From: Octopus vulgaris
Lineage: Eukaryota
Assembly (NCBI GenBank): GCA_951406725.2
Contig: OX597830.1
Span: forward strand, 24,180,001 to 24,244,000
Direction of reading: 5' to 3'
DNA length: 64,000 nucleotides
A program made the position numbers and the translations under genes. Positions 28,075 to 41,312 of the stretch are shown here, piece after piece. Position 1 is the stretch's first letter, and every line of letters starts with the position of its first letter. The notes under the pieces were generated by a model, which worked only from the letters and a program-made list of their open reading frames with translations, was not told the DNA's origin and made no database searches.

Positions 28075-28790
28075 TGGTGGACAGTTAACCGCATTGGAGA
28101 GTAAAAAGATTCAAGTCGTAGCTGAGAACAAGTTAGCTGACCTGGAATATTGAAAGCCATCTGAATACTGGAAAAGTATTACGTGTACCATAATTGTTCG
28201 ATGCCGTAAGAGGTGACATGAACAGCTAAAACGGAGTCTACGAAGCCGTCGCTATGAGGAACTGTCATGGTGGGTCTGTGTGACGAGGGTGACGTAATGG
28301 CTCACCTACATCTTTGAACAGGGCCATAGGCTCAATTCAAAAGGTTAAGTCAAGCTGCTGGAGACTGTGGTCAAATTCTTTGCTGAAGAAGGTTACTGCT
28401 AGAAGGCCATATGTGTGGCAGGAGGATTCAGCTCCTTGCCATACCGCCAGAAAGCGTCAGAAATGGTTGTCGGAAGGCGAAGGTGGCGAGCTGGCAGAAA
28501 CGTTAGCACGCCAGGCGAAATACTTACCGATATTTCGTCTGCCGTTACGTTCTGAGTTCAAATTCAGCCGAGGTTGACTTTGCCTTTCATCCTTTCGGGG
28601 TCGATAAATAAAGTACCAGTTACGCACTAGGGTCGACGTGATCGAAGAGAATGTCTACAACTTCGCCAAATCCAATTTCTGGTCTCTTAATTTCCCTGAC
28701 TATGATTCCATGGATTACTGTGTGTTGGGCACGGTTGAAGAAGACACAAAGCACTCTGCCTGCAATACTAAGGCCAAAATGATTACAATT
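28075..28790 (+). mobile_element. maT (DD37D) transposase remnant interrupted by a SINE
   Basis: RRPYVWQEDSAPCHTARKRQKWLSE[SINE]NVYNFAKSNFWSLNFPDYDSMDYCV..VEEDTKHSACNTKA; 37 residues between the last two catalytic Asp after removing the SINE. Confidence 0.85.
28478..28645 (+). mobile_element. SINE family B nested in maT
   Basis: aaggtggcgagctggcagaaacgttagc...gcctttcatcctttcggggtcgataaataaagtaccag. Confidence 0.9.
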
Positions 28791-29164
28791 TGAATAGAAT
28801 ATTGTGTCTGTTTTTCCTTTTATGGAAAATGACAAATTTTCCCCGAGCACAATTTAATATTATTTTCATACTCTTTTCATATATTAAAATCATATCTCTG
28901 CAATTAAAGGACAAATATTTTTACCAATAATCTATTTAAAAAATCTGGGCCAATGGGCTTTGTGTTCGGAACCCTTTTACATACTATCCTACTTATGTAC
29001 TGTTTAAAGCATGTTGAACATTCGTCAGATTATTACAGAAGCCCACCACCAATTTATTTATTGGGCATATATAAATTTAAGTACGTGTGAGCGTGCATCT
29101 GCGTGTGTGCGTGTATATGCATAACTCCCTCCCACTTGCTTTGACTCTCTCTCTCTCTTTCTGA

Positions 29165-29253
<89 letters not shown>

Positions 29254-29286
29254 CATATATATATATACATATATATATACATATAT

Positions 29287-29349
<63 letters not shown>

Positions 29350-29696
29350 TGTGTATATGTATGTATGCATGTATGTATATATATCAGAGAGAGAAAGAAA
29401 GCAAGGTCTATGGATATCTATACATACATACATACATGCATATCTATGTATGCTTGTATGTATATCAGAGAGAGAAAGAAAGCAAGGTCTATGGATATTT
29501 ATCTACACACACACACACACATATACATATATATATCCATGCTTTTATGCATGTATGTATCATTGTAATATATATTAAAGAGATATTATTTATAGTATAT
29601 ATAATATATATACCTCTAATAGTATATAAAATATATATATCATATATATATATATATTCACACACACACACGCACGCACACACATGCATACATACA

Positions 29697-29730
<34 letters not shown>

Positions 29731-30164
29731 CATACCATACATACATACAAACATGTACATACATACATACATACATACATACATACATACATACATACAT
29801 ACATACATGCATAAATGTACGCATGCATGCATACAGACATACACGTATGCATGCATTCTTTGGGAAATAATCTATTAGTTTTGAAGTTTGGTAAATAAAG
29901 GATGTTGTGTATGAATAAAAGGAATTGGAATTATACCTTCAGCACCATCCTTGAAAGATTCTACAAAAAAGTTATTTGATTGAAAATTCAATTGAATTCT
30001 ATAACATGTCACGGTTTCTGCACCTGTTACCTTCATGTGTGTGTGTATGCACGCATGCATATATGTTTGCATATATGCATGTAATTTTTTCTGTATATGA
30101 ACTTATGCAAGTATGTATATATGTATATTTGTATCTATGCACGCTTGAATATGTGTCTATTCTT

Positions 30165-30210
<46 letters not shown>

Positions 30211-30546
30211 ATTTTTTGTTAATTATTTGAATTCTTCTTCACAATTCTTATTTGAATTCTTCTTGTAAGTGAAGTGGTTTGTAACAAAGAAACTAAGCTG
30301 TGTCGTAAGATCTTTGAAAGCAATAACGTCGAAGAATAGTTACCTGTTGAAATTTTCAGTCTTGAATATATCTACTGTTTTGATTTCAGATTGCATATTA
30401 AAGTACCTGTGAATACATGTATATTTATATGGGGATGTATGCACGCACATCATGCGAATGGAGGAATGTATTATGCGTGTATATGTGAGTACTTGAAGCT
30501 ATGTGTGACTCTGTGTATATGTGTTTACATTGATATTTAAAAGATA

Positions 30547-30665
<119 letters not shown>

Positions 30666-30837
30666 GAGAGAGAATCAACAAAAAATGTACTCCATCTAGA
30701 GAGAGATAAATATCAATTTAATACACAACCGAAAGAGCTGAAAATAATTTCATGCTTTTATGATACTTTAAATAGACATATATAATACACCATTTACCTT
30801 CAAGCAATCTTTCAGGCTCTGCTTATGCGGTTTATAC

Positions 30838-30884
<47 letters not shown>

Positions 30885-31724
30885 AAAACAAGGACGCTGG
30901 ACAGTGAGTAAATAAGAATAAACGTGAAAAAAACCCCAAAAAAACGTGAGGAAGGTTGCTGCAAAAACTGGAACGAGAAGACGGAAACGAAACCAAGAAA
31001 ACTAAGATCCCTGTCCTCTCTGATTACAGAATTCTCAATTAATACAGCTAGCATAAAACAAAGTAAGTGAAAATACGCCAGTGTCTGCGCGACAGCAACA
31101 CAATTCGGAGCGGTTGGTGTCCTCCAATTCGATAAAAGAAACCCGTTCATTTGTTTACATCCTGCTAAAAAAAATTTATATAGAAACAAACATAGGCTCA
31201 TTATATTCATTAATACATGCATTCACATAAGTACAGACAAGCCGGTATGCCCTTACACATGCATGCAATATATCTATGAATGTTTGTGTACTTGTGTGTG
31301 CGTGTGTGTGTGTACAAATGCCTTGGTATTCGTTTGTGGTACGTAACTTGTAGCTATGTACGTCTCTGCGATGCTCTCTACAATGCCTTACGCATACGTT
31401 ATAAATTGCGATGTGAGCGCGCGTTTTTTTATATGGCTTCTTTATAATTTTCTGATCCGTAAGTTGGTTGAATCAGCAGCCGATACATGAGATTCGGAAT
31501 AACACGATACTTAAAATTTAAGCGAAAAATTAATTTATTAGTTGAAATAAATTTGGTTCACATATTGTGAAATATGTCTGGCTTTTGCGTTTTTGTGTCT
31601 GTTCTTTTTCATTTTTGCGTCCGGTTAGTTAAGCAATAAAGCAGTGAGATTCCCACGCCATTTTGGATCTTTTAAAGATCGTTTGAAGTTTTTGTTTCTA
31701 TTTGACTTCTCACTTCTCTCTCAC

Positions 31725-31768
<44 letters not shown>

Positions 31769-31986
31769 CCTCTCTCTCTCTCTATCTCTCTCTCTCTCCC
31801 GCTCTCTCTCCTCGACCGATCGAGTAATCTTGAAAGTCCATGTAGTTTATAAAACAGCAGCTGAAAACTTTTTCTTTTGTTTTACACCACGTATTGAGTA
31901 CTTTCTCGAATGTACGGTGTGAAACACACATATATAGATTCTCGAGGATGCATAAATATATAAAGTCATAAGACAGAAAAACGGAT

Positions 31987-32091
<105 letters not shown>

Positions 32092-32276
32092 TATACATGT
32101 ATGTCCTTTTGATCATTTGATCACTATAAACAATTCCTTTGTGCAGGTCTTTCAGGAAAAACTGAATGCTCATTTGTCGTCGTCTATGGGAGAGTCCACC
32201 GGAAATTATTAACAAAACACTTCACTTAATTTGTTTTCCAATTTAATTGTTTTTCTTATTTTACTTTGCCAAAATA

Positions 32277-32376
32277 TTTTCGTCGCTTTGAGACCGCGAC
32301 CTGCTCACTGACAAAATTCCGTGATGCAGCACGGAATTTTTTCAGTGAACAGGTCGCGGTCTCAAAGCGACGAAAA
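32277..32376. repeat. 100-bp near-perfect palindrome
   Basis: 47-bp arms ttttcgtcgctttgagaccgcgacctg...; 2 mismatches, 6-nt loop. Confidence 0.95.
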
Positions 32377-32615
32377 CAGTTGAAACATTCTTGTCACAAC
32401 CTAGGACCCTTGAAGACTGCTTCAATGCAAGAAGGTATACTAGTCCTTTAATATTTAATATTTGATATTCAATATTTCATCTATTCAATAAGTCAATCAA
32501 TACTTCATTTCATTTTATTATATATACTATATATACTATATATTCTATATCCTACATTAATATTATAAGAATATAAATAAAACATAAAAAAACAAAGTTG
32601 GAATTCCTTTGAACA

Positions 32616-32666
<51 letters not shown>

Positions 32667-32699
32667 TACAATCATACATACAGAAATATATATATAGGT

Positions 32700-33080
32700 G
32701 GTGGTATGTCTGTGTTGATAAGGAGTTCATTTCGCAAACATGTGATTTTAGGTTCAATCCCACCACACAGTACCTCGGGCAAGTGTCTTCTACTATAACT
32801 CCGGGTCCACCATAACTATTGAGAGTGGATTTGGTAGATGGAAACGGTGTGCAAATTCACCTTATAAGCGTTCTTGTGTGGGGAGTGGTATTTCTCCCCC
32901 TTCTGTGACGCTTGGCATCTAGTGTTGCTTTGTTTCCATCCCGTGACATAGCGGCTTGGCAAAGGTGACTGATAAAATATGTACCAAACTTAAAAGATAT
33001 TTACTGGAGTTGATGTGTTCGACTAAACTTTCAAGGTGGTGCTCCAGCTTGGCCTGTGTTCCATGTATGAAACACGTAAA
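32700..33080 (+). mobile_element. SINE family A, old diverged copy
   Basis: ggttcaatccc...cctcgggcaagtgtcttctactata...ggtgctccagcttggc. Confidence 0.7.
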
Positions 33081-33107
33081 AGATACATACATACATACAT
33101 ACATACA

Positions 33108-33139
<32 letters not shown>

Positions 33140-33464
33140 CGCATATATACATTCATACATATATACATATATTAACGCAAGCCAATTTTTTGTGCGCGCT
33201 CACACACACAAACACACAAACACACATACACACAAAGGCACGCGCGCACACACACGCGTGCACACACATGCGCGTGCGCAAGCATAAAGACAGGAAGGGA
33301 AACAAAATAAGAGCTGATTCAAAATAATAATGAAGAAATTTGTCGAACCAAGGAAGCAAAAAAAGTGGTGGGAAAAGATAAGGAACGAAATTATTATCAC
33401 TATTTGTTTTTTGTAAACTATTTCGACATATTCTTATTATTGATAAGACCTTTTTATGCGGTTG

Positions 33465-33905
33465 GCAGAGAGAAATGTTTTGCAGAATTTTTTTTATGTT
33501 CCGACTTTTTTTTATGTTCTGAGTTAAAATCCTGCCAAGGTTAACTTTTTATTTTAATCCTTTCGGGGTCGATAAAATAAAGTACATTCCAGTACTGGAG
33601 TCAATGTAATCGATTTGCTCTCGCTCAGCGAAATTGTTAGCATTATTCCAAAATAACAAAGAATTATTTATATAGTCTTTTATTATGTTTTTCATATTGC
33701 GTTTTATCGATTTGACACAAGGCCAGCCATTTCTGGAGAGGGAATAAGTTGATCACAGCATCCCCATTGTTCACCTGATACTTATTTTATCGACACCGAA
33801 AGAATTAAAGGTAAAGTCAACCTCGGTGGAATTTGAACGCAGAAGGACGAAATACCACTAAGCATTTTGCCCGACCTGCTAACGACTCTACCAGCTCGCC
33901 GCCTT
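33465..33905. mobile_element. Two old SINE family B copies, tail to tail (+ 33465-33660, - 33710-33905)
   Basis: aatcctttcggggtcgataaaataaagtac on +; ttttatcgacaccgaaag...ccagctcgccgcc on -. Confidence 0.7.
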
Positions 33906-33932
33906 CATGCTGCGTAATATTGGTTTCAAATT

Positions 33933-34700
33933 ACGGCGTCGAACTGGCAGAAACGTTAGCACGCCGAGCAAAATGCTTAGCGGTATTTCGTCTGTCGTTA
34001 CGTTCTGAGTCCAAATTCCGCCGAGGTCGACTTTGCCTTTCATCCTTTCGGGGTCGATAAATTAAGTACCAGTTACGCACTGGGGTCGATATAATCGACT
34101 TAATCCGTTTGTCTGTCCTTGTCTGTCGCCTCTGTGTTTAGCCCCATGTGGGTAGTAAAGAAATAGAAATAGGTATTTCGTCTGCCGCTAGGTCCTGAGT
34201 TCAAATTCCGCCGAGGTCGACTTTGCCTTTAATCCTTTCGGAGTCGATTAAATAAGTAGCAGTTACGCACTGGGTCGATATAATCGACTTAATCCGTTTG
34301 TCCCTCCTTGTTTGTCCTCTTTGTGTTTAGCTCCTTGTGGGTAGTAAAGACATAGGTATTTCGTCTGCCGTTGCGTTCTCAGTTCAAATTCCGACTAGGT
34401 CGACTTTGCCTTTCAGCCTTTCGGGGTCGATTAAATAAGTACCAGTTATGCACTGGGGTCGATCTAATCGACTTAATCCGTTTGTCTGTCCTTGTTTGTC
34501 ATCTCTGTGTTTAGCCCCTTGTGGGTAGAAAAGAAATAGGTATTTCGTCTGTCTTTACGTTCTGGGTTCAAATGCCACCGAGGTTGACTTGCCTTTTATC
34601 CTTTCGGATAAAATTAAGTACCAGTTGTGTACTAGGGTTGATCTAATCGACTGACCCTCCCTCCTCAAATATTTTGGGCTTTGTTCCTAGAATAGAAAAG
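33933..34700 (+). mobile_element. SINE family B tetramer with 17-bp TSD
   Basis: Head plus four units starting ggtatttcgtctg (~33982, 34172, 34355, 34539); TSD aatattggtttcaaatt at 33916-33932 and 34701-34717. Confidence 0.9.
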
Positions 34701-34939
34701 AATATTGGTTTCAAATTTTGGCGCAAGACCAACAATTTTGAGGGGTGGGGTAAGTCAATTACATTAACCCTAATGTTAAACTATTTTACCCTTATTTGTT
34801 TCAGTCATTTTGACTGCGGCCATGCTGGAGACCGCCTTTAGTCGCATAAATGGACCTCAGGACTTATTCTTTGTAAGCCTAGTACTTATTCTATCGGCCT
34901 ATTTTAAGCTGTTTACCATACAGCCACTCCTCCTCCTAG

Positions 34940-35403
34940 CGACCCCAAAAGGATGAAAGCAAAGTCGACCTCGGCGGAATTTGAACTCAAAAAGGAAAAC
35001 TGAACGAAATGCAGCCAAGCATTTTGTCCGGCGCGTTAACTATACTGCCAGTTTTCCGTCTTCATACAGTCATTTAGATCGATCCCAATACGCAACTGGT
35101 ACTTAATATATCGACCCTGAAAAGATGAAAGGCAAAATCAACCTCAGCGGAACTTGAACTCAAGGTAAAGACAGACAAAATACCTATTTCTTTACTACCT
35201 ACAAGGGGCTAAACACTGAGATGACAAACGGGTTAAGTCAATTACATCGACCCCAGTGCGTAACTGGTACTTAATCTATCGACCCTGAAAAGATGAAAGG
35301 CAAAATCGACCTCAGCGGAATTTGAACTCAGAACGTAAAAACAGACAAAATACTGGAGAGTATTTCGCCCGGCGTGCTAACGATTCTGCCAGCTTGCCGC
35401 CTT
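34940..35403 (-). mobile_element. SINE family B copies (dimer 35075-35403 and single 34940-35062)
   Basis: Repeated tcgaccctgaaaagatgaaaggcaaaatc; head ccagcttgccgcctt at 35389-35403. Confidence 0.8.
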
Positions 35404-35518
35404 CTGACTTCGATATATTGATTAAGCGTTTAATATATTTTAACATACAGTGTGTTAGTGATGAACTTTTCCTTATAGTTTTCATACTGGTATTCTCGTT
35501 AAGGCTTTTATTATTAGA

Positions 35519-35917
35519 CTAGCAGTATCGCCCGGCGTTGCTCAGGTTTGTAAGGGAAATAACTATATAAGCATTTTTAGAGATGTAAAGTATAATAGCC
35601 ATCTCAATATGGCTAACCACAAAGGGGGGGGGGTGTTACTGTAGCTTTTTACGTTCTGAGATCTAATAATAAATTTTTAGAGTGTTACTTCCCTTATATA
35701 TGCCAAAAATGCATTATAAATGGGAAAAATTGATGGTAAATTTTTTTTTTAATCGTAGACTCATCGCAGACGCGCGCTAATACCCAGAAGGGCTCGATAT
35801 GAATCACGACTATAAGATACCCGGTTTTGATTAAACTGCACCGCAAAATGTGGGAGTAGTTAGGAATCTAAATCGTAGGAGACAGACAGCACACAACCTC
35901 ACTTTTATATATAAAGA
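35519..35917 (-). mobile_element. Complete 399-bp non-autonomous Helitron
   Basis: Minus A|TCTTTATATATAAAAG...CTAG|T, inserted in AT with no TSD; subterminal hairpin cccggcgttgctcagg. Confidence 0.88.
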
Positions 35918-36872
35918 TAAGTCATTTTGTTAACGTCTGTTGCCTACCCTGAACTTTTCCTCATGGCACATGCCTCTCGGTTATGTATACAATAGTGCAA
36001 AATGGTCTCTATAAAGTTGATTGGTTTTAGAGACACTATATAAAGACTAAATGTTCAGTGATTCTCGACGATGTGACGGCTTTATTGATACGCCATTTTC
36101 AATCTAGAAATTATACATTAATGTACGTGGTTAATTTTTAATTGTGTGTAGTCATGCATGTGTAGTCAGGAGTATGTTTATGTATTTGTGTGTACGTGTG
36201 TGTGTAGGCATCGGAGTACATGTGAGTCTGCGTGTGTATGCAGGTGAGCGTGAATGATAAGTATATAAAGAAAATGACAAAAGTAACAATAAATGGGGAG
36301 AGTATAAGGAAAAGATTAGAAGAAACGGAAAATAGACATGAGGAGAGGAAGAGGAGAAGGATAGAAAGAAGGAAAGAAAGAGGAAAAATTGAAGAAATGT
36401 ACAGTATGTAAGAATGCGAAGAAGGAAGATTGTGAAAAAAAGAAATAAAAGAAATAAAAATAGAATGAAAAATATTGAAATAATTTAGTGAAGGAAAAAA
36501 TAGAAATAGTTTAGTGAACGGCAAGATGAGAAGAGAAGGGAGAGAAAAAAAGAGATAAAATAAGTGGAAAATGAGAGAAAAAGAGGAAAAAATGGAATTT
36601 TTTTTAAAGAGTGAAAGATTGAGAATAATTGGATATATTACGGATAAAAAGAGAAGAAAAATTAGTAAAATGGTAAAATATAGGATATAGGTTTTTGGTA
36701 ATAACAGAGAAGAACCTATTCTGTAATCAATAGTTAAATAAGTGCAAAATATATTTAAAACCTCGAATATTAAAAAGCTAACGGGAAATAATTTGTATTG
36801 GGGAAAATACGTTATTAGTCAGTGATTAATAGTAGTTTCGTTTTCCGGCATGCAACTAAGGGAGGTAAATAT

Positions 36873-36910
36873 GAACAAGTTTCGGTTTCATTGTGACCTC
36901 GTCAGGGAAG
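36873..36910 (-). ncRNA. Hammerhead core motif, stem I broken
   Basis: Minus CTGACGA-GGT-CACAATGAA-ACC-GAAAC-TT-GTT. Confidence 0.5.
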
Positions 36911-37078
36911 TATTTTTCAACAGTGAAGTTAATGCTAGCATTTTATGTAATGAACTTCAAAATTTAAATCGAAGCATAAATGCGCTGGGAACAAGTGCGT
37001 AAACAAGATATGATACCTAAGGTAATTATTATAAGGAGGTTATTTGGTTGTTTCCTTAACACTAAGCATTAACTGATA

Positions 37079-37129
<51 letters not shown>

Positions 37130-37214
37130 TATATTTATATATACAGAGAGAGAGACAGACAGACAGAGAAAGGCAGATAGATAGATACATAATACATACA
37201 TACATACATGCATA

Positions 37215-37600
37215 GATGCAAGAATGGCTGTGTGGTAAGAAGCTTGCTTACCAACAACGTGGCTCCAGGTTCATTCTCAGTGCGTGCCACCTTGGTCAAG
37301 TGCCTTCTACTAAAGCCTCGGGCCGACCAAAGTCATGTGAGTGCATTTGGTAGATGGAAACTGAAAGAACACCGTCGTGTATATGTGTGTGTGTGTGTGT
37401 GTTTCTGTCTGTCTGTTTCGCCCCACCATCTCATGACAACCAATGTTGGAGTGTTTACGACCCCATAACTTAGCGGTTGGGCAAAATATACCTTACAAAG
37501 AATAAGTTCTAGGGTCGATTTCTTCGACTAAAGGCGGTGCTCCAGCATGGACACGGTCAAATGAATGAAACAAATAAAAGAATCAAAGAATAAAAGAATA
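37215..37600 (+). mobile_element. SINE family A, full length
   Basis: ggctgtgtggtaagaagcttgc...(TG)n...ggcggtgctccagcatgg...aaatgaatgaaacaa. Confidence 0.85.
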
Positions 37601-37654
37601 TATATATGTATGTATAAATATACATATATGCATATGTATATATATTTTCTTCGT

Positions 37655-37852
37655 CGTACTTGTTTCACTCATTTGACTGTGGCCATGCTGGAGTACCACA
37701 TTTAGTCGAACAAATCGACCCCAGGACTTATTCTTTGTAAGCCTTGTACTGACTCTATCCGTCTCTTTTGCCGAACCGTTAAGTTATGGGGACATAAACA
37801 CACGGGCATCGGTTGTCAAGCGATGGTGGGAGGCAAACCAAGACACACAAAT
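37655..37852 (-). mobile_element. SINE family A tail
   Basis: Reverse complement of the family A tail, inverted relative to 37430-37575. Confidence 0.85.
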
Positions 37853-37863
37853 GCATACATACA

Positions 37864-38097
<234 letters not shown>

Positions 38098-38201
38098 TAT
38101 ATTAAGGCAGCGAGCTGGCAGAAACGTTAGCACGCCGGGCGAAATGCGTAGCCGTATTTCGTCTGCCGTGGGAGGCAAACCAAGACACACAAATATATAC
38201 A

Positions 38202-38235
<34 letters not shown>

Positions 38236-38278
38236 CATACATGCATACATACATACATACATACATACATACATACAT

Positions 38279-38344
<66 letters not shown>

Positions 38345-38587
38345 AAATCCAAAAACGGTCCTTAGCTTAGCTTTTCCTTGGAGCTGACCAGATTGGATGA
38401 ATCTCAAGTATAATCAACCGAAATTGCGAGGATAATCTGGTACTTGATTGAAGAAAGAAAACTTCGAATGACCAGTCATTGTTTTCTTTGTATCGTCTAT
38501 ATCGATGCTTTGTTGGCCCATTTTTGTATCACCTAGCTGTCCGGATGTTTTGCGTTCTTGTCCCATTTTGTCTTTAAATATATATAC

Positions 38588-38919
38588 GGCGTCTACCAAA
38601 TTTAATTTCCGTCTAACAAACCCACTCACAAGGCTTTGATCGGCCCGAGGCTATAGTAGAAAACACTTGCTCATGAACCCGGAACCATGTGGTTGGGAAG
38701 CATGCTTCTTATCACACAGCCACTCCTGCACATATATATATATATATATACATATATACGACAGGCTTCTTTCAGTTTCCGTCTACCAAATCCACTCACA
38801 AGGCATTGGTCGGCCCGGGGCTATAGCAGAAGACACTTGCCCAAGGTGCCACGCAGTGGGACTGAACCCGGAACCATGTGGTTGGTTAGTAAGCTACTTA
38901 CCACACAGCCACTCCTGCG

Positions 38920-38990
<71 letters not shown>

Positions 38991-39135
38991 GGTGTCTACC
39001 AAATTCAATTCCCGTCTAACAAATCAACTCACAAGGCTTTGATCGGCCCGAGGCTATAGTAGAAAACACTTGCTCATGAACCCGGAACCATGTGGTTGGG
39101 AAGCATGCTTCTTATCACACAGCCACTCCTGCGCT
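38588..39135 (-). mobile_element. Three tandem SINE family A heads
   Basis: Heads at ~38588-38730, 38758-38922 and 38990-39135; the first and third share the same internal deletion. Confidence 0.85.
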
Positions 39136-39327
39136 TATATAGAAATCTCAGATTTATATCACAGAGAATCACGTGGAGAATTTTGTAACACTGACATTTT
39201 CAGATCACCGTAAAGCGACAGGATGAACACCATTCTTCGTTTTACCATTTTTTCTTATTTTTTAGGTATTGTGCACCTGAGCATTTTAGACAACAATTTC
39301 CTTAATTATATACATACATACATACAT

Positions 39328-39394
<67 letters not shown>

Positions 39395-39653
39395 GATCAC
39401 ATCGTCAGTTACGACGACGATGGTCCCATCTGATACGATCAACGGAACAGTTTGCTTGTGGAATTAATGTGCTATTGGCTGATCACTCCATAGATAATAC
39501 AAAAATCAAATCAGATAAATAAATAAGTAAATAAATAAATAGATAAATAAATAAATAAAACCATGGCCACTATGCGCTAGTAGAAGAACAAAATAAAATT
39601 AAAACTAAATTAAAGAGAAGTTATTATTATCTAAATTAACTAAATTAAAGAGA

Positions 39654-39655
<2 letters not shown>

Positions 39656-39724
<69 letters not shown>
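39656..39724 (+). repeat. (TTA)n microsatellite (SINE D tail)
   Basis: Direct reading. Confidence 0.95.
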
Positions 39725-39725
<1 letters not shown>

Positions 39726-40775
39726 GAGCGAGAGAACAGTGCATGTAATCAAAGTGACACTGGGGTAAAATATAGGAAGCCCAGTGTACCCATCATGACT
39801 GATAAGGGTACACCAGCCACCACTCGCTGGGACATACCCAACGTCCTAGAGTGAGTGAAGTATAAGAGATGTTACAGTATGACGGAAGTTTGAGGAGAGC
39901 AAATGGCAAATGGCGAAATATCTTCATGTAATACAACATGTACATTTAAATTGGCAGGGGTATTTTTCTGATGATACGGGCATTACTTGTCAGCATAATA
40001 TTTTCAATTTCTCTGAGATATGGCTCGCCTGGTATTTTATCTAGATGTTTCTGAAATCCCTTTCTTGTCATACCTAGAGCACCCACAACAATAGGAACAG
40101 TTCTCGTTTTAAGATGCTACATCTGTATTTCAATTTCTAGGTCCTTATATTTACTTAATTTGCCAAATTCCTTTACAGATATATTTTTATCAGTGGGAAC
40201 AGTTACATCTATAAGTCTACAAGTATTTCCTTCTCTTTCTTTCATGATTATGACTGGTCGATTTATCTGGATCGTTCTGTCAGTGTTGATTGGAAAATCC
40301 CAGAGGATAGTGACATGTTTCAGGATGCCAAATGAAACATCCATGTTTCCAGAAGTGAATTATCCAAACTCCAAAGAATTCCTCACAACACATAGCTATG
40401 ATGCTCCCCACTACTTCTGCTCGTGATCAGAGATGCACATATCGTCAGCCACTAAGGGACATGCTCAACTGGTTATGGTCAAACAACTAACAAACAAATC
40501 TCTGGTATTCAGCAGTATATTTGCTGTAGCCCATCTGTTATATCAAGCCAACAGAATGTACATGATAACGTTTCCAGTCAGTTAAGATCAGACGCCATGA
40601 GTGCCACTGTCTGGTATTGCCTTAGGGTCCCCTTCGAAGGTACTAGTCATTTTTACCCGTTGAGATGACTGGAGTAACATGAAATAAATCAAAGGACACA
40701 ATGCGCTGCCGGAAATCGAACTCACAACTTCACGATCATGAGACGTAAACCCTAACCACTAAACCACGTGCCTTC
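39725..40775 (-). mobile_element. Long tRNA-headed SINE family D with Dong segment replacing its middle
   Basis: Minus head gaaggcacgtggtttagtggttaggg...gagttcgatttcc; body 40575-40316 and tail 39832-39725 match 43272-43766. Confidence 0.75.
39835..40315 (-). mobile_element. R4/Dong restriction-like endonuclease domain and 3' UTR
   Basis: VTILWDFPINTDRTIQINRPVII..TCRLIDVTVPTDKNISVKEFGKLSKYKDLEIEI..LKTRTVPIVVGALG..IPG, the PD-(D/E)xK RLE of the R4 clade. Confidence 0.88.
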
Positions 40776-41139
40776 GAAACAAGGAAACCAGTAGTAGAAA
40801 AATCCTTCCTTTTGACCGGATTCTCGTACAAATACGCCTCAGTTTCGTTAACTGTCGATAGACAGTAATATATCTTTTACTGAAGCGCTTCTCCTCTCTG
40901 CTCACTTTCTAGTGTCACACAAAACGGGACACGTAGCATAAATTCAGGCTCCTATAGTTTCGCATATACTTCACTTCGTTTTAGCCGGCAGACATTTTCG
41001 GTAAGACAATCGCCTTCAATTGGAAGAACATGTCAAAGACTACTCTTAGGTATTTTGTTTCTTGTTCTGAGAAGCTTCAGGCGACGGTTTTTGGTTTTGC
41101 ATTTTGTTTCTTGTTTTTGCTTATATATATGTATGTATG

Positions 41140-41215
<76 letters not shown>

Positions 41216-41312
41216 GAACATTGGAGCGCTGGAATATTCTACGCCTCAGCAAACATCAATATTAACTCTCTTCAATACTCCTGTTGTTCAGCTCAATGTC
41301 CTAGATGTTCAG

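Noticed and set aside
33933-34700. tRNA gene cluster or CRISPR-like array
   Set aside because: Units are SINE bodies with a B box only; no cloverleaf, no variable spacers
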